From Parachlamydiales bacterium (lineage in GTDB: Bacteria > Chlamydiota > Chlamydiia > Chlamydiales > SM23-39), in contig JBNLAH010000003.1 in the NCBI GenBank assembly GCA_050302075.1, positions 96,001 to 160,000 of the forward strand: a stretch of DNA of 64,000 bases. Direction: 5' to 3'. The notes under the pieces are model-generated. The model was not told the DNA's origin, ran no database searches, and saw only the letters and a program-made list of their open reading frames with translations. Positions 29,634 to 39,644 of this stretch are shown in pieces (the stretch's first letter is position 1; each line of letters begins with the position of its first letter). The translations under genes and the position numbers were made by a program.

Positions 29634-32600
29634 ATGACTAAAGACAATTCTGAAACACCACAAATTCGTGAGATATTTGAAATACTTCAATCAACTGAAG
29701 GAAAAGATATTTCAACAGACGAGAAAAAAGAGCTTGCAATAGATCTAGCTGAGTGCCTTTTAAAAGACTCCAAAAGGAATTTATCTAGAAAAGAAAAAAG
29801 CTTGCAAAGAGCAATTGCAAAAATGATAAAAAAACCTTTAGAAAAAGGAATTTTTATCTTAGCTATCGATCAGTGTTTCAGAACAAAAAAAAATATTCGC
29901 TCTGCCGAACAAATCACTTATTTGATTCATCAATTTAATATCCCTAGCTTCTTTTCGCTTTCGGCAAAATTCAGTCTTTTATCTTTTAAATATTTTAATC
30001 CTAAAGTAACCAGATTTATAGTTCCGCATCTAACTCGAAAACTAAGAAAAGAAATAGCACATATTGTTGTTCCTTATGAAGATGAACTCTTCGAGTATTT
30101 AAAGAAAAGAAGCGAAGAAAATATAAAAGTAAATATTACCCACATTCATGAAGATACCTTGAGTGAACAAGATGCAAAAAGAAACCTTCAACTTTATTTA
30201 GATGATTTAAAAGATAACAACGTAGATTGCATCTCAATAAAGATTTCTTCTATTTACTCTCAAATCAACCCTCTTGCTTTCGATGATACTATTGACAAAT
30301 TAGCAAAAAGACTAAGAAAACTTTACAGACATGCAATGGATCATCCTACAAAGCTATCTGAAAATCTCGAAAAATCCAAATTTGTCAACTTAGATCTAGA
30401 AGAGTACAACGACCTTAATCTAACAGTTACTTTATTTATCAAAGTTTTATCTGAACCCGAGTTTCACAATTTAAGCGCAGGAATAACCCTACAAGCATAT
30501 TTTCCGGAATCTTTTGAGTTACAAAAAAAAATTACGGAATGGGCAAAAAAAAGAGTAAGCGATTCTGGTGCTCCAATCAAAATTAGAATAGTTAAAGGAA
30601 CTAATTTAGCACTTGAACAGTTAAGATCTTCTCTTGGCAACCTTAAACAACCAACCTATACCTCTAAAATAAAGGTCAATGCCAATTTTATGAAAATGAT
30701 GATGCATGCCATGATTCCTGAAAATGCTAGGGCAGCTCATTTAGAGATTGTAACTCACAATTTATTTGATATAGGACTTGCATTACTCACAATGAATGAA
30801 TATCAAGTAAAGCAATATGTTAGCTTCGAAATGCTAGAAGGCATGGCCAATCATATTATGCGCTCTGTAAAAAAAGTAACCTCAAATGTTTCTGTATATT
30901 GTCCTGTTGCAAAGAAAAATGACCTGCCGTATTCAATAGCTTATCTGATCAGATATTTAGATGACAGTACTGGACATGATAACTATTTAAAGCATGTCTC
31001 TATCTTAAAATCCGGATCTGAAGAGTGGGAAGCGCAGTCTAGCACCTTCTCAGAGTCTCTCCAGCACATCCCCAAATTAAAACATGCACCAAGAAGATCT
31101 TTAGATTGTTATATCAGCAATTTTAGCACCCCTTTTGACAATGAACCTAAAACAGACTTCTCAGCAGCACAAGATATCGAGTTTGCTAAAAATGCTCTTT
31201 TAAAACTTCAAAACCTTAAGCCTGAGCTAGTTGCGTGTGTTATTAATGGAAAAACCATCTCAGAGAATGAAAAAGGGTTAGGATATAATCCATCCGACCC
31301 AACTACTCCCTGTTATCATTATACATTAGCAAATCAATCTCATATTAATGAATGCTTAGACTCCGCTAGTTCTTTCTTTACAACCTGGAAAAAATCTAAA
31401 TTGCAAGAGCGTTTAGAGCTTTTTCAACAAGTATCTAAATTGCTAAGAGAGAAAAGGCAAGAGCTTTTAGGCATAATAATGGCTGACAGTGGAAAAATCC
31501 TTACTGAAGCAAACTCTGAAATCAATAAAGCCATTGATTATGTAGAGTACTACTCAAGGATTTATATACAAATTGATAGCACAAAAGGGATCAGTATCGA
31601 GCCTAAAGGAGTAATTTTAGTTGAGTCATCCTGGGACTCTCCTTTAGCAGATCCGATAAATGGAATTATAGCAGCTTTAGTCACAGGAAACTGCGTTATT
31701 TTTAAACCATCATCAGAAACTGTATTAGCAGGGTGGCATCTTGTTAATATATTTTGGGAGGCAAATGTTCCAAAAGAAGCACTTCAGTTTTTAAACTTGA
31801 CTTGTGAAGACAATAAAAATTACTTAATTGGTGATCCTAGATTAAACAAGCTAATTTTGAGCTGTTCTTCTGAAGTTGCAAAATCTTTTCTAAGTTTAAA
31901 GTGTGATCTTGATATCAGTACTGAGGTTTGTGGCGTAAATTCAATGATTATCACAAATATGTGTGACACAGATTTAGCTATAAAAGACCTGATTACATCA
32001 GCTTTTTCATACTCAGGACAAAAAATGTCATCCGTCTCTTTAGCAATTATCGAAAAAGATCTATATGATGATGCCGATTTCATAAAGAAGCTAAAAGACG
32101 CAGCTCAAAGTTTAACTGTAGGTCCTGCCACAAATTTCTCAACTTACATTGTTCCATTGATTAACACTCCAAATGAAGAGCTAAAAAAGGTTCTTACGAC
32201 TTTAGAAAAAAAAGAGACTTGGTTACTAGAGCCTGCTCAAGACTCACAAAACCCCAACCTTTGGAGCCCTGGAATAAAACTCAACGTTGAGCCAAACAAC
32301 ATTACATGTTCAAGTGGGCTCTTTGGCCCAATACTCAATCTAGTTAGAGTAAAGAACCTTTCCTCAGCAATTGAAGTAGCAAATTCAACCGAGGGTCTAA
32401 TATCAGTACTGCATAGCTTAGACGAAAGAGAACAGTTAGCATGGAGGAATAACATTAAATCCAGCAACTGTTACATCAACCGATCAACTAAAGATATTAT
32501 TGTTCAAAGACAGCCACTCGGTGGCATCCCAAAACACTCTTTTGGACCCGGATACAAAGCAGGTGGCCCAAACTATCTATATAACTATGTCAACTTTCAT

Positions 32601-33236
32601 CAAAACAATTTACCAAAAGAAAAGCATCCAATCAACTCAGCTGTAAACGACCTATCTTCATTTATAGAAAAGTTAGATCTTAATGCAGAAGAACTTGGCA
32701 TATGGTATGTGAGCATATCCAATTATGCTTACTGGTGGAAGCGAATGAAACCCGACAAGGATTCAAGTAAATTATTTGGGCAGGACAACTATTTAAAATA
32801 CGTTCCTTTGGAGGGCATTGTATTTAGAATAACGCCTGGTATAAATGAATTTGACTTAATGCGAGTACTTGCGGCGGCTCTTACTTGTGAGAGCAAGCTA
32901 GAAATTAGTTTTGACAAAGAAGACACACAATTAAAGCATATTAATTTATCAGAACTTAGCTCTGTATTTAAAACAATAAATGAAAAAGAAAATGATTTAG
33001 TAAATCGCATCAAAAGTGAACAAATATTGAGATTAAGAATTTTAGAGAAACCCTCTAAATTAATATGTGAGACAACAGCCAACTCTGGATGTTATATAGC
33101 ACATCAACCAGTTGTCGCAAATGGAAATGTCGAACTTCTGCACTATACAAAAGAGATTACCACCAGCATAAACTATCATAGAAGATATGGCAATCTAGGA
33201 ATTAGAAGCGGAGAGCTCAGAAAGCAGATTCTTTAA
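29634..33236 (+). CDS. putA: PutA-like proline dehydrogenase/P5C dehydrogenase fusion with degenerate catalytic motifs
   Basis: PRODH-like FVNLDLEEY, LQAY, RIVKG.N, THN, EMLEGMA; ALDH-like GN.VIFKP, GQK.S, FGP, RQP.GG, KAGGPNY. Start could be the TTG at 29592. Confidence 0.85.
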   Translation: MTKDNSETPQIREIFEILQSTEGKDISTDEKKELAIDLAECLLKDSKRNLSRKEKSLQRAIAKMIKKPLEKGIFILAIDQCFRTKKNIRSAEQITYLIHQFNIPSFFSLSAKFSLLSFKYFNPKVTRFIVPHLTRKLRKEIAHIVVPYEDELFEYLKKRSEENIKVNITHIHEDTLSEQDAKRNLQLYLDDLKDNNVDCISIKISSIYSQINPLAFDDTIDKLAKRLRKLYRHAMDHPTKLSENLEKSKFVNLDLEEYNDLNLTVTLFIKVLSEPEFHNLSAGITLQAYFPESFELQKKITEWAKKRVSDSGAPIKIRIVKGTNLALEQLRSSLGNLKQPTYTSKIKVNANFMKMMMHAMIPENARAAHLEIVTHNLFDIGLALLTMNEYQVKQYVSFEMLEGMANHIMRSVKKVTSNVSVYCPVAKKNDLPYSIAYLIRYLDDSTGHDNYLKHVSILKSGSEEWEAQSSTFSESLQHIPKLKHAPRRSLDCYISNFSTPFDNEPKTDFSAAQDIEFAKNALLKLQNLKPELVACVINGKTISENEKGLGYNPSDPTTPCYHYTLANQSHINECLDSASSFFTTWKKSKLQERLELFQQVSKLLREKRQELLGIIMADSGKILTEANSEINKAIDYVEYYSRIYIQIDSTKGISIEPKGVILVESSWDSPLADPINGIIAALVTGNCVIFKPSSETVLAGWHLVNIFWEANVPKEALQFLNLTCEDNKNYLIGDPRLNKLILSCSSEVAKSFLSLKCDLDISTEVCGVNSMIITNMCDTDLAIKDLITSAFSYSGQKMSSVSLAIIEKDLYDDADFIKKLKDAAQSLTVGPATNFSTYIVPLINTPNEELKKVLTTLEKKETWLLEPAQDSQNPNLWSPGIKLNVEPNNITCSSGLFGPILNLVRVKNLSSAIEVANSTEGLISVLHSLDEREQLAWRNNIKSSNCYINRSTKDIIVQRQPLGGIPKHSFGPGYKAGGPNYLYNYVNFHQNNLPKEKHPINSAVNDLSSFIEKLDLNAEELGIWYVSISNYAYWWKRMKPDKDSSKLFGQDNYLKYVPLEGIVFRITPGINEFDLMRVLAAALTCESKLEISFDKEDTQLKHINLSELSSVFKTINEKENDLVNRIKSEQILRLRILEKPSKLICETTANSGCYIAHQPVVANGNVELLHYTKEITTSINYHRRYGNLGIRSGELRKQIL

Positions 33237-33362
33237 ATCTCTGTTCCAGAATAATCTTATTTTTAGAATCTAGCTATTTTCAGATTATTGATTACTCTGC
33301 TTTATTTTTGTTAGCAGCTTTTGATATAGTTGGCACTTAACTGTTAAATTTTCAAAAAATAT

Positions 33363-35474
33363 ATGAAGAATAATGAAAAGCAACTTGAAGCAATTAAACA
33401 TGTTGAAGGCCCACTTTTAGTTCTAGCTGGAGCAGGATCTGGAAAAACTAGAGTCGTCACACATAGAATCTGCAATTTAATTGACCTTGGAATACTCCCT
33501 TCTGACATCATAGCTGTCACATTTACTAATAAAGCCGCAGATGAAATGCGCTTTCGCATAAAAAAAATGAAAGACGTCTCGGTTCTTGCATGTACTTTTC
33601 ATAGTCTAGGAGCACGGATCTTAAGAGAGTCTATCTCAGCTTTAGGATATACAAGAGAGTTTACTATATACGACGAAGATGACAGCAATAAAGTTCTAAA
33701 AAACTGCCTACAGAGATTGGGCATTAAAGAAGAAAAAGGACTGATCAAAGCTATAAAATCAAGAATCTCAGCTGCTAAAAATGACCTAGTTGGTTTTGAA
33801 TCAATTAAGCCAGTGCATAATGGATCAAAGGCCGATACAATATTCCCAAAAATATTCCCTATATATCAATCGCAATTGAAAGAAAGTAATGCACTTGATT
33901 TTGACGATCTTCTCTACTTAACTGTTAAATTATTACAAGAATACCCAGATGTAAGAAAACTGTACCAAAGCCGGTGGCTATTTATTTTAATCGATGAGTA
34001 TCAAGACACTAACTATGCTCAGTATATGCTCTCTAAAATCCTAGCAGAAAAACATGGAAACATCTTTGCAGTTGGAGATCCAGACCAGTCAATTTACTCT
34101 TGGAGAGGAGCCAGATATCAAAATATCTTGCGTTTTGACAAAGACTTTCCAGGCAGCAAAGTTATCAAACTAGAGGAAAATTATCGTAGCACCCAAAACA
34201 TTTTAAACGCCTCTAATGCACTTATCCAAAACAATAAAGAACGCTATGACAAAAAGTTGTGGAGTAACCTCAGCGAAGGAGAGAAAATAAAAGTCTACTT
34301 TGCTCAAAATGATAGAATGGAAGCTGAATTTGTCTCAAAAAAGATTATCGATTTAAGCGCTGAAAACCAAATATCTTTAAATGATGTTGTGATATTTTAC
34401 CGGACAAACTCCCAATCAAGAGCAATTGAAGATAATCTCTTGTCCAAACAGATCCCATATAAAATTATAGGAGCACTATCTTTCTACCAAAGGAAAGAAA
34501 TTAAAGACATTCTATCTATTCTCAAAATGATCGTTTCTAGCTCTGATATTATAGCATTCTCTAGATCACTTTTACTTACTCCCAAAGGAATTGGACAAGC
34601 AACTATTTCTAAAATCATATTTGAAGCGCAAAAAACTCAGACACCCATTTTACAAATATGTGAAACCATTCTTTCAGATCCAAATATCATCAAACTAAAT
34701 GCCCGACAGAAAAAAGGGCTGGCAGAATACTTAGATTCCATCAAAAAACTTAGATCACACGAAATGACCATCACTGACCTTATTAAAGAGTCTATTGATG
34801 AGTTTGACTATCTTAAAGTTCTGCAAGATGACCCAGATACATTTCAAGACAGAAAACAAAACGTAGAAGAATTAATCTCAAAAGCTGCAGAGTGGGAAGC
34901 TGAAAATGATCAATCTTCTTTACATATTTTTTTAGAAGATCTGACTCTTTTCAGCAGCAAAGAAGGTCCAGAAGAAAATGAATCAGTAAAGCTAATGACC
35001 GTTCATAACGGAAAAGGCCTAGAGTTTGATGTTGTTTTCATTGTTGGGCTAGAAGAAGATCTTTTTCCACATGCCAATTCAAGGGATTTCCCAGAAGCCC
35101 TTGAAGAAGAAAGAAGACTTGCATATGTTGCAATGACAAGAGCAAAAAAAGTGCTATTTCTTTGCGGCGCTCTCTATCGCTATATATGGGGATCTCCACG
35201 TGCCATGCACCCTTCAAGGTTTTTAAAAGAAATCCCAACCAAATACCTAGAAAACTTAACTCCGGTTTCTTTTGAAGAACCTCAAGTATTTCATGAATCA
35301 ACAAAAAGTGAATTTTCTAGAGGCGATTTGGTTTTTCATAAGGAATTCGGGAGAGGTCAAGTTCAAAAAATTTATGAGACATCATATGGAGTTACCTATG
35401 ATATCTTCTTTGAAGAAATCCACGGGACTAGGTCAATGGTCGCAAAATTTGCGAAACTCCAAAGATCGAGCTAG
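33363..35474 (+). CDS. uvrD: ATP-dependent DNA helicase UvrD/PcrA
   Basis: LAGAGSGKT, TFTNKAA, DEYQDTN, VGDPDQSIY, NYRST, KGLEF, EERRLAYVAMTRA. Confidence 0.97.
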   Translation: MKNNEKQLEAIKHVEGPLLVLAGAGSGKTRVVTHRICNLIDLGILPSDIIAVTFTNKAADEMRFRIKKMKDVSVLACTFHSLGARILRESISALGYTREFTIYDEDDSNKVLKNCLQRLGIKEEKGLIKAIKSRISAAKNDLVGFESIKPVHNGSKADTIFPKIFPIYQSQLKESNALDFDDLLYLTVKLLQEYPDVRKLYQSRWLFILIDEYQDTNYAQYMLSKILAEKHGNIFAVGDPDQSIYSWRGARYQNILRFDKDFPGSKVIKLEENYRSTQNILNASNALIQNNKERYDKKLWSNLSEGEKIKVYFAQNDRMEAEFVSKKIIDLSAENQISLNDVVIFYRTNSQSRAIEDNLLSKQIPYKIIGALSFYQRKEIKDILSILKMIVSSSDIIAFSRSLLLTPKGIGQATISKIIFEAQKTQTPILQICETILSDPNIIKLNARQKKGLAEYLDSIKKLRSHEMTITDLIKESIDEFDYLKVLQDDPDTFQDRKQNVEELISKAAEWEAENDQSSLHIFLEDLTLFSSKEGPEENESVKLMTVHNGKGLEFDVVFIVGLEEDLFPHANSRDFPEALEEERRLAYVAMTRAKKVLFLCGALYRYIWGSPRAMHPSRFLKEIPTKYLENLTPVSFEEPQVFHESTKSEFSRGDLVFHKEFGRGQVQKIYETSYGVTYDIFFEEIHGTRSMVAKFAKLQRSS

Positions 35475-36430
35475 TTTGTCTTTTTACAAATACTTTTAAA
35501 GGCCCTAAGCACTCTTTTCACAGTTATAAATGACTTCCATTTTCTATCCCTTAGCCGAAAACCTCTAATGTTGGGAATTAAAGAATAAGGTGAAACTGTC
35601 TTGCTCTCAGCCCAGAAGGGCATCCAGAATCTTGCAACAGATTTTCGCCTAGAAATAATCACCGTAGGCAAGTTCAAAGATGAAGCTAGATGTCCTATGC
35701 CTGAATCATTGCCTATCATATAGCCAGATTCATAAATATAACTAGCTAGAGCATCAAGTGAGTTGAAAGTAGGCATTTCTAAATTATATGGGGCAATGTA
35801 CTCTCGCCAGTCTCCTTCATCCTTTGGGCCGCCTGCAACTATTATCGGATCAAACCCAAGTTTCTTCAAATGTAAAGCGAGCTTTACATATTTATCCCTT
35901 GGCCAATTCTTGCCCTCTCTAGAACTTTTCACATGCAAAACAACTCTTTTAGAATACTTTCTATTCTCCAGTTTTTTGGGAGGATAAAACCCATTTTTCT
36001 TCGATACATTTTCAAGCTTCAAAATGTCCTTACAAAACCTGTCTAGGTTTCTTCCCATTGGTATATTAACATCAAATAGCGAATCAGAATAATAAGGTTC
36101 TTTTACTAAATTTTTAGAGGGGTATGGGTATATGACCTTTATTTTTTGGGGGGATTCCTTTTTACCATAACTAATTAAATCTAAGACAAAATCACTAGAG
36201 AGACTGTGAAAGACCACAATCATATCGTATTTTCCAACAAAGTCTTGAACTTTGTCTGGACTCGGGTACCCGATAACCTGTAGATGAGGAAACCAATTCT
36301 GCAATACTCTAATTCCATCATGATAAGTGTCACACTCCCATCCATTTAAATGAAAATTGTTTGATATCATCAGTGATATGACAGCATCGCCCAGTCCTGA
36401 GTTGCATATTACAGCCGCTTTTTTTCTCAT
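35471..36430 (-). CDS. Glycosyltransferase family 9 (heptosyltransferase-like)
   Basis: GLGD N-terminal motif; K.WP; GNDSG.GHLA. Confidence 0.8.
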   Translation of the reverse strand: MRKKAAVICNSGLGDAVISLMISNNFHLNGWECDTYHDGIRVLQNWFPHLQVIGYPSPDKVQDFVGKYDMIVVFHSLSSDFVLDLISYGKKESPQKIKVIYPYPSKNLVKEPYYSDSLFDVNIPMGRNLDRFCKDILKLENVSKKNGFYPPKKLENRKYSKRVVLHVKSSREGKNWPRDKYVKLALHLKKLGFDPIIVAGGPKDEGDWREYIAPYNLEMPTFNSLDALASYIYESGYMIGNDSGIGHLASSLNLPTVIISRRKSVARFWMPFWAESKTVSPYSLIPNIRGFRLRDRKWKSFITVKRVLRAFKSICKKTN

Positions 36431-36501
36431 GATTGATACTAGTTATTTTAGTTGATCTTACAGCATATCAAATTAATAACACACATGCTATATCGAAATA
36501 A

Positions 36502-37695
36502 ATGGGAGAAACTATGAACCGTATGGATCTAGTGCAGGCGCCTGCACATAAATTTTACTTATCACAGTCACTTAAGCAAAATATTCAGATCCTGCAAATG
36601 TCTCAAGAAGAATTAATAGAGCACATTGAAAACGAAGTCGACTTAAATCCATTGCTATTAAAAAAAATGCCCACACTCCAAGGATCTGAATATACCTTTT
36701 CTAAGCCTGTAAGCTTATATGCAGACCTAACCCAACAAGCAAAATGCATACTAAATAAAGAAGAACAAGAAATTGCAGATTACCTCTTTAAAAATCTTTC
36801 AAAAGAGGGCTTTTTGCATAATATAAAAATTACAAATGAAATATTGCCCGTGCTAAAAAAAGTTCAAGAGCTAGATCCACCTGGCATTTGCGCTATGAAC
36901 CTAAAGGATTCACTTTTAATTCAGCTCAGAAGAAGCAACAAAGCTAATAGCTTAGCCTATAATATAATTATGCAGTTCTTCGATGAGTTTATTCAAAAAA
37001 AATGGAAAAAGATTGAAAATTACTTCCAAATTACAGCATCTGAAATATCTGAGATCGTTAAGACAGATTTGTCCAAATTATCTTTAAGGCCAGCGGAATT
37101 ATACTCTCATGAAAGAGCCTTTTACCCATCTCCTGATATGTGTATATACAAAAAAGGAGATACCCTAAAGATAAGATTAAATCAAAGCTCATTCCCAATA
37201 GTTTCTATAAATAAAAATCAGAACTTTAATTCAAACTCTCTAAAAAAGTTCTATGAAAAAAAGGCCCAAATATTTTTTGAAAACCTGTACAAAAGAGATC
37301 AACTTTTAATTAACATCGGTAAATATCTTTTAAAAAAAGAAAAAAAATTCTTCCTTTATAACTCAGAAATAAAATCTCTATCAGTCTCAGATCTTGCAAA
37401 ATTCTGTAATGTGCATGAATCAACAATTCATAGGTGTATTAAAAGTAAATATATCCTTTGTTTTAATAGCATTTTACCACTGAAAATTTTTTTCAAAGGG
37501 AAAAAAGTCTCTGAGACGCACCTACTAACTAGCCTTAAGAAAGTTATCGAAAAAGAAGACAAACATAAGCCTTTTTCAGACATCCAGATTATGCAGGAAT
37601 TAAAAAAGACTAGCATTAACATCTCTAGAAGGACCGTAACAAAATATCGCCAAAAACTTAAAATTCCCCCAGCGAACTTTAGAAAAGAATTCTAG
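36502..37695 (+). CDS. rpoN: RNA polymerase sigma-54 factor
   Basis: Region I L.Q.IQILQM...EL, DPPGI.A..L.D.L..QL, HESTI.R..K.KY, SD..I, RpoN box ISRRTVTKYR. Confidence 0.9.
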   Translation: MGETMNRMDLVQAPAHKFYLSQSLKQNIQILQMSQEELIEHIENEVDLNPLLLKKMPTLQGSEYTFSKPVSLYADLTQQAKCILNKEEQEIADYLFKNLSKEGFLHNIKITNEILPVLKKVQELDPPGICAMNLKDSLLIQLRRSNKANSLAYNIIMQFFDEFIQKKWKKIENYFQITASEISEIVKTDLSKLSLRPAELYSHERAFYPSPDMCIYKKGDTLKIRLNQSSFPIVSINKNQNFNSNSLKKFYEKKAQIFFENLYKRDQLLINIGKYLLKKEKKFFLYNSEIKSLSVSDLAKFCNVHESTIHRCIKSKYILCFNSILPLKIFFKGKKVSETHLLTSLKKVIEKEDKHKPFSDIQIMQELKKTSINISRRTVTKYRQKLKIPPANFRKEF

Positions 37696-37728
37696 AAAAA
37701 CCAGCCTTACTAAAAAAGGGTAATTATC

Positions 37729-38583
37729 TTAGTAGTAAAGACCTTTGTCAAAAAAATTTTTCCGATCTAACTCATTATAGTTATCAATAACATACCTTGG
37801 GAAACTATCATCTATTTCCACAAACTCTAACTTTGATATATGACTGTAGACTTCGTTATTTGAAAAAGACAAAGTGCCAACTGACTCTTTATAATGGGAA
37901 TAAGCTTTCAACTTATCAAAATAGCAATTCATGCCTCCCATATTACTGAAGTGCCAGGCAGAACCTTTTACAGTTATATATTTTGTCCTTTGATCTCTCA
38001 CATTTTGAGGAGACCTTTTAATAAGGTTTTTATACCTTGTAATAGCAGGTCCCACCCAAAAAATACTATCCCTTCTATTTAAAAACCATCTATAGAAGTC
38101 ACACTCAAGTCCTATAATTTGCCTTTCCTTGCTGTCTAACATCACGCTAATTTGCTTCAACATACTTGACCTTGGAATCTCATCTACATCAGATATAATA
38201 ATTATATCTTCTTTTGAGCATTTACTCAGTCCTCGCATAATCTGATTTCTTTGAAAGTATTCCCTCGACCAAGCATCATCTTTGAACTTTGGAGTCTTAT
38301 CAACTACTACATGGATAATTTTATCTAGAAATTTCTGATAAAGATGTTTGTTCTCTTCAAAGAATAACTTTTTTTCTAACCCACTGAAAGTGTCTTTTGC
38401 TTCAACAATTACAAAATAATCAACATGATCATTTAACTCCTCAAGCCGAATCTTTAAAAGATCTAGCTCATTATAAAAGGTGAAACAATCATATGTTTTT
38501 GAAAAAAGGCTACATTGAAAAAAGATAAAAATAGCTAAAATGCGCATAAGGTTTCTTTTTTTTGAAAAGAACCTTATGGACAA
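37729..38583 (-). CDS. Glycosyltransferase family 17-like (beta-1,4-GlcNAc transferase type), with N-terminal signal/anchor
   Basis: YDCF.FYNELDLL.IRL.EL...VDYFVIVE, W.RE..QRN, ISDVDEIP, WHFS. Confidence 0.85.
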   Translation of the reverse strand: MSIRFFSKKRNLMRILAIFIFFQCSLFSKTYDCFTFYNELDLLKIRLEELNDHVDYFVIVEAKDTFSGLEKKLFFEENKHLYQKFLDKIIHVVVDKTPKFKDDAWSREYFQRNQIMRGLSKCSKEDIIIISDVDEIPRSSMLKQISVMLDSKERQIIGLECDFYRWFLNRRDSIFWVGPAITRYKNLIKRSPQNVRDQRTKYITVKGSAWHFSNMGGMNCYFDKLKAYSHYKESVGTLSFSNNEVYSHISKLEFVEIDDSFPRYVIDNYNELDRKNFFDKGLYY

Positions 38584-38609
38584 TGAAAATAATTTTCAAA
38601 TTTTTTGTT

Positions 38610-39464
38610 TTAAAAATATGCAGAACCGATCACTTGCCATCTAAGCTCTTCCTGATTTTGTATATACTTCATGATCTCAGTAATCGATGATTTTGCAAAA
38701 AAATATATCTCTTTGTCTGTCAGACGAAACAAAACCGATCTAGCTTTTTGCTTTGAGTCTAAAATTAAAGTTAATTTTTTTAAGGTCTGATTTAACTTAA
38801 GCCTAGTTCTATATAGCCTAAAAAGACAAAACGTCAGCATTGATAAAGAAAGGATATTTGAAAGCTGGATCAATGAAAATAAAAGAGGTGAGCTAAAAAA
38901 AGGTAAAAAAAACTGAAGTGATATGCCAGAACATAAAATTCCCATAAATATGGTTGACTCTAGCTGACTTCTAAATATAGGACCAAAAAGCTTCCTAAAG
39001 TGGCTAGTTGATGTCCAGTAAGCAAATAATTCTTCAGTCTTAGGTTCATTAAACGCCATTCTAGCCGCATGTATTATTTCATGACTTAGAATTTCATCCT
39101 TGTCATATAAAAATAGATACTTACCATTTTTTAAATTTTTTCTGATTTGAATCACAGCCGGCGAATGACCATCATATTCTGCATAAGTGACAGCGCCTTG
39201 CCAAAATTTTAATCCCTTGTTGCTGTAGTAAGCTACTACCCAATCCGGGGCAATGTCAAATAGCTGAGACGCAGTTGATCTGGCCCAATCAAAATCAGAC
39301 CAGCTAAGAATTTTCCCTTCCTTTATCGAAGTTCTATTTTTCTCAATTGACTCAACTCTTTTTTTGAAATCAACTATTGACTCATAAGGTCCGGGTATTA
39401 TTCCTCTTTCATTTAGACTCAAAAGCTCTTCTTTAAAGATCACAATACTATTTTTTTTGAACAT
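38610..39464 (-). CDS. Hypothetical membrane protein with HExxH motif
   Basis: SHEIIHAAR...EE.FAY; two C-terminal TM helices; divergent from topA. Confidence 0.75.
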   Translation of the reverse strand: MFKKNSIVIFKEELLSLNERGIIPGPYESIVDFKKRVESIEKNRTSIKEGKILSWSDFDWARSTASQLFDIAPDWVVAYYSNKGLKFWQGAVTYAEYDGHSPAVIQIRKNLKNGKYLFLYDKDEILSHEIIHAARMAFNEPKTEELFAYWTSTSHFRKLFGPIFRSQLESTIFMGILCSGISLQFFLPFFSSPLLFSLIQLSNILSLSMLTFCLFRLYRTRLKLNQTLKKLTLILDSKQKARSVLFRLTDKEIYFFAKSSITEIMKYIQNQEELRWQVIGSAYF

Positions 39465-39644
39465 TAAGAATACTAATTTGAAAGAAAATTATTAAATTTT
39501 TATCTATTTTTTTGTAATCAAAATTGACTAATTTTTCAGTTCTTCTTTACATTGTAAAACTCATTTACTAGTATAAGACCCTTTTAAAAGTAAATTGACT
39601 AAACTAAACAAACCTGATACTTAACAGATAAATACAAAATTATT

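Noticed and set aside
33329..33348. TGGCAC upstream of uvrD as a sigma-54 -24 box
   Set aside because: No TTGC -12 element at the required spacing.
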